Below, piece after piece: positions 51,944-53,122 of a stretch of 53,122 nucleotides of DNA (its first letter is position 1; each line of letters opens with the position of its first letter). The translations under genes were made by a program, and so were the position numbers. The notes beneath the pieces are model-generated. The model did no database searches. It had not been told where the DNA came from and saw nothing but the letters and a program-made list of their open reading frames with translations. Source of the DNA: Euryarchaeota archaeon UBA4 (GTDB lineage: Archaea; Thermoplasmatota; Poseidoniia; Poseidoniales; Thalassarchaeaceae); contig DAFQ01000001.1 in NCBI GenBank assembly GCA_002497985.1, positions 8,600-61,721 of the forward strand, written 5' to 3'.

Positions 51944-52505
51944 TTGGCCTGTCGAAAAACTCCCACTGTATCTCCGACAGCTCAACATTTGTTTTCGCAT
52001 CGTGGTATGCCTCCAGAGGCTCCATATTCAATTTGAAGAATTGGTCGGAGTATGGGAACGAAGAAAGTACGGTTCTCGCCTGCTCCTTCCTACCAAGAAT
52101 GTATAGTGAAGCGGCAAACGCCTCGGATGTCGACAACCTGCCTGGCTTCCCCCAGGATATCGGATTAGCGGCAAGTAATACAGGAAGGGTCCTCCCCTCT
52201 AGCCTTGTGTGTCTGCTAATGGCGTCCAATGACTCTTCGACTCTTTTCCATGAGCAATCCAATGCTACTATCGAGCCTCCCCTGTCAATGGTAATCTTGT
52301 CATCTGGACCCATTAATACGCCACTACTAGGATCTAGCAGGAAACCCCTCTTTGGGGCTCTCCGTGCATCGAAGTGAAGTATCGCATTTCCGGCCTTGGC
52401 CATTCTTCGTGCGCTGCATTTTCTCGGATCGTCCTGATCAAGATGGACTACATGTAGAGGTACGTGGTAGTCATTCTCCCTTACTGAGGAACTCATCCAA
52501 TGCAT
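51930..52505 (-). CDS. tsr3: 16S rRNA aminocarboxypropyltransferase Tsr3
   Basis: LHVVHLDQDDPRKCSARRM and VALDCSWKRVEE match the Tsr3 (DUF367/RLI-associated) family. Confidence 0.82.
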   Translation of the reverse strand: MHWMSSSVRENDYHVPLHVVHLDQDDPRKCSARRMAKAGNAILHFDARRAPKRGFLLDPSSGVLMGPDDKITIDRGGSIVALDCSWKRVEESLDAISRHTRLEGRTLPVLLAANPISWGKPGRLSTSEAFAASLYILGRKEQARTVLSSFPYSDQFFKLNMEPLEAYHDAKTNVELSEIQWEFFDRPISEP

Positions 52506-52962
52506 CTCCTATGGTCAGACCACGACCACTCGGCACATTAACGGAACGCTCGTGATCTTCCTCTGGCTCAACTAGGAGGATGATGCCAAGGGCTTTCTCA
52601 ATCTTTAGTGCAAGTGAATCGGATGGAACAATTCCGCCCTCTATCTTCTGAATGTCGTTCAGCCTCACATTGATTCTCTTGGCCAGTTCTCTTTGTTCCC
52701 ATCCTCTCGACTCTCTGGATTTCCTTACTCTGAGATGAAAGTCAGGAGCAATCTCCTTTTCTGGCTTTGGAGATTTGGTACTCATTCTAGACCTCGGTTC
52801 TTGTGGGGATATACTTGTTGGGGTCTGCTTTGGCATGTATCTTTCAATTACGAGTAAATTATTGGACTCTATACACCTAGAACAGCACCTCAATTTAGCC
52901 CCTGAGATCTCTGAAAGTAGGGTGGAGACACGCTCTGTCCCGCACATCTCACATGTTCCCAT
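52471..52962 (-). CDS. mbf1: archaeal multiprotein-bridging factor 1 (MBF1) HTH transcription factor
   Basis: An N-terminal zinc ribbon is present (CEMCG...CCSRC). A C-terminal Cro/C1-type HTH follows (RESRGWEQRELAKRINVRLNDIQKIEGG). ATG 52962 (MGTCEMCG) is preferred over GTG 52986. Confidence 0.85.
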   Translation of the reverse strand: MGTCEMCGTERVSTLLSEISGAKLRCCSRCIESNNLLVIERYMPKQTPTSISPQEPRSRMSTKSPKPEKEIAPDFHLRVRKSRESRGWEQRELAKRINVRLNDIQKIEGGIVPSDSLALKIEKALGIILLVEPEEDHERSVNVPSGRGLTIGDALDEFLSKGE

Positions 52963-53122
52963 GGCACAGACTGGGGCACATACCACATATGGATTGGGGT
53001 GACAAGTTGAAATCTACGTGCCCTTCCACATGTACATGGCTTCTGAGTCGGACTCCCACTCAAATGATACACAAGAGTCACTCAAGTCATCAGTCAGAAG
53101 GCTTCAATCAGAAATGAGGGAT

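Noticed and set aside
52890-53081. A 63-codon minus-strand ORF upstream of and overlapping the mbf1 start region.
   Set aside because: It overlaps the mbf1 N-terminal zinc ribbon in another frame. It has no motifs, and it probably reflects the promoter/5' region of mbf1.
1-53122. A search for CRISPR arrays, IS/transposase genes, integrases, toxin-antitoxin pairs or known defence-system genes.
   Set aside because: I found no direct-repeat/spacer periodicity, no transposase/integrase-like ORFs and no terminal inverted repeats. The window reads as a conserved core chromosome rather than an accessory island.

Overview
This is a very dense archaeal chromosomal window: about 96% is coding by my calls, with roughly 53 protein genes on both strands. 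I recognised no rRNA, tRNA, CRISPR array or mobile element. Archaeal identity rests on aEF-2, PriS, the RFC large subunit, TiaS, MBF1 and Tsr3. It also rests on the proteasome-alpha/exosome superoperon (psmA, SBDS, rrp4, rrp41, rrp42, L37Ae, Pcc1, prefoldin beta). The compaction and gene mix (archaeosortase, futalosine menaquinone genes, bacterial-type thiolase, type-1 IDI fusion) suggest an uncultivated Thermoplasmatota / Marine-Group-II-like euryarchaeon, but that is inference only. The remaining content is mostly housekeeping:
- Transport: TrkAH K+ uptake and a CNNM/CorC-type transporter.
- Translation: Gly-, Pro- and Met-tRNA synthetases, and S12-S7-EF2.
- DNA and RNA: a giant Lhr helicase, and KptA.
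- Cell surface: GmhA/GmhB.
- Metabolism: PurB, Dph6, CoaBC, split transketolase, an isoprenoid block (IDI-GGPPS fusion, IPK, thiolase), and a UbiD-TPR-NUDIX operon.

Most worth a second look:
1. A 159-aa, half-size, strikingly eukaryote-like deoxyhypusine hydroxylase (DOHH) homolog. Its start codon directly abuts the mqnD stop inside a futalosine-pathway cluster. No DOHH has been assigned in archaea.
2. An acidic protein 2.4 kb away with a run of 8 consecutive prolines, followed by a Lys-rich-repeat membrane protein.
3. A type-1 IDI fused to a GGPP synthase.
4. A UbiD decarboxylase operon of ambiguous pathway assignment.
5. A 1766-aa Lhr.
6. A genome-wide style in which every convergent gene pair has zero or negative spacing, three of them at the palindrome TGATCA.

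All family calls come from motif recognition by eye. No searches were run.
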